Shown here in pieces: positions 63,075 to 64,000 of a stretch of DNA of 64,000 nt. The position numbers and the translations under genes are program-made. The DNA is from Squalus acanthias (lineage: Eukaryota), in the NCBI GenBank assembly GCA_030390025.1, contig CM059432.1:86864001-86928000 (forward strand), in the 5' to 3' direction. Under the pieces are notes generated by a model, which ran no database searches, had not been told where the DNA came from, and was given only the letters and a program-made list of their open reading frames with translations. Within the stretch, counting starts at the first letter, position 1. Every line of letters starts with the position of its first letter.

Positions 63075-63780
63075 CTTCTTCTTCTTCTTCTTAGGCAGTC
63101 CCTCGGAACCGAGGATGACTTGCTTCCACGCTAAAAATGAGTTCTCAGGTGACTGATGAGTCCAGTGCGGGACCTACAGTCTCTGTCACAGGTGGGGCAG
63201 ACGGTGGTTGAAGGGGCGGGCGGGGTGCTTGGGTTGACGTGCGCTCCTTCTCGTCTGTGGCTTCCAGTGTTGGGGCGTACGCACTGATAACCATAGCACA
63301 TTGGTTCCGGGCTAGGGTGAGCCGTAGAGTCATGAGGTGTTCGTTTATTCCACAAGGAGTCTCCGAGACGTTCAACTAGCTCATTTTTTATGGTGAAGCC
63401 TACCCAATGGAGGCAGCGTTCTTCTTCAGGTTTGCCTTTCCAGAAAAAGGTGTAACCACCGCCTTGCTCCTTGAACTGGCCTTCCCCTGCCTGCCGGGTC
63501 TTGCTTAGGGCAGCGATGTCTATGTCGAAACGTCTGAGCTACCGGGCAACGATAGCAGTACGGCGTTCTGGTCTGTCGCTGTTGGGGATGTCCATGAGGG
63601 TCCTGACGTTCCAGGTCCTGAACTTCATTTTAAAGGGTGGAAGATGCCTGTGTGTGAATTCTTTTAATGTGGGGTGGCCGTTGCACACCAGCTACCACAC
63701 GGGCTTGACAGAGCAAGGTCTTGGTCCAATGGCAAGGGGATCCAAGATGATTGGAGACCAGGCTCTGCTACATCGGCCTA
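63075..63780 (-). mobile_element. RTE-clade LINE, internally deleted
   Basis: ATG at 63628 begins MKFRTWNVRTL..ERRTAIVAR..GYTFFWKG..VISAYAPT, joined to the C-terminal CPTCDRDCRSRTGLISHLRTH, then a 3' UTR and (GAA)n tail. Confidence 0.88.
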
Positions 63781-64000
63781 GCACACACATACACACAAAC
63801 ATACTCCTACTGTCCTCCTCCCTCCTTCCCGCAGGTCCTCTCTGCCTGGGTTTTATAGGCTACAGTGTGGTCCTCCCGACCCCACTGCTGGTCCACGCTG
63901 CGCCACTCCTGGGCTCGTCCTCACTCCTGGGTCCTGTCCTCGCTCCTGGGTCCCGGCCTCCTTATAGTGTGTCTCCTTCTAGTGAGTGCGTCCCGCGGTG

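Overview
This is eukaryotic, repeat-dense genomic DNA, most likely from a shark or other cartilaginous fish. That call rests on HE1/V-SINE-like, SacSINE1/Deu-SINE-like, CR1(HER1)-like and shark-type Penelope repeats, all recognised from memory. The only host gene I can support is the 5' half of UBE2W on the minus strand. It has a CpG-island promoter at about 40.4-40.6 kb and coding exons 1-3 at 40409-40423, 39157-39248 and 4723-4825. These splice in frame to 70 aa (MASMQKRLQKELMALQNDPPPG...SRYPFDSPQ), and the remaining exons should lie left of base 1. The rest is largely nested CR1, L2, Jockey/CR1-group, RTE, Penelope, SINE, Gypsy and DNA-transposon sequence. The main highlights are four. (1) A complete, TIR-bounded, TA-flanked pogo/Tigger transposon at 28966-31711 has a DD32D transposase with a single frameshift and looks very close to the domesticated mammalian gene JRK/Jerky; two related MITEs lie nearby. 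(2) Several Penelope elements carry minimal hammerhead-ribozyme motifs, including a ~0.9-kb inverted-arm element with a ribozyme at each end. (3) An essentially identical inverted CR1 pair brackets UBE2W exon 3. (4) A Gypsy/LINE junction is scrambled at microhomologies and occurs three times.
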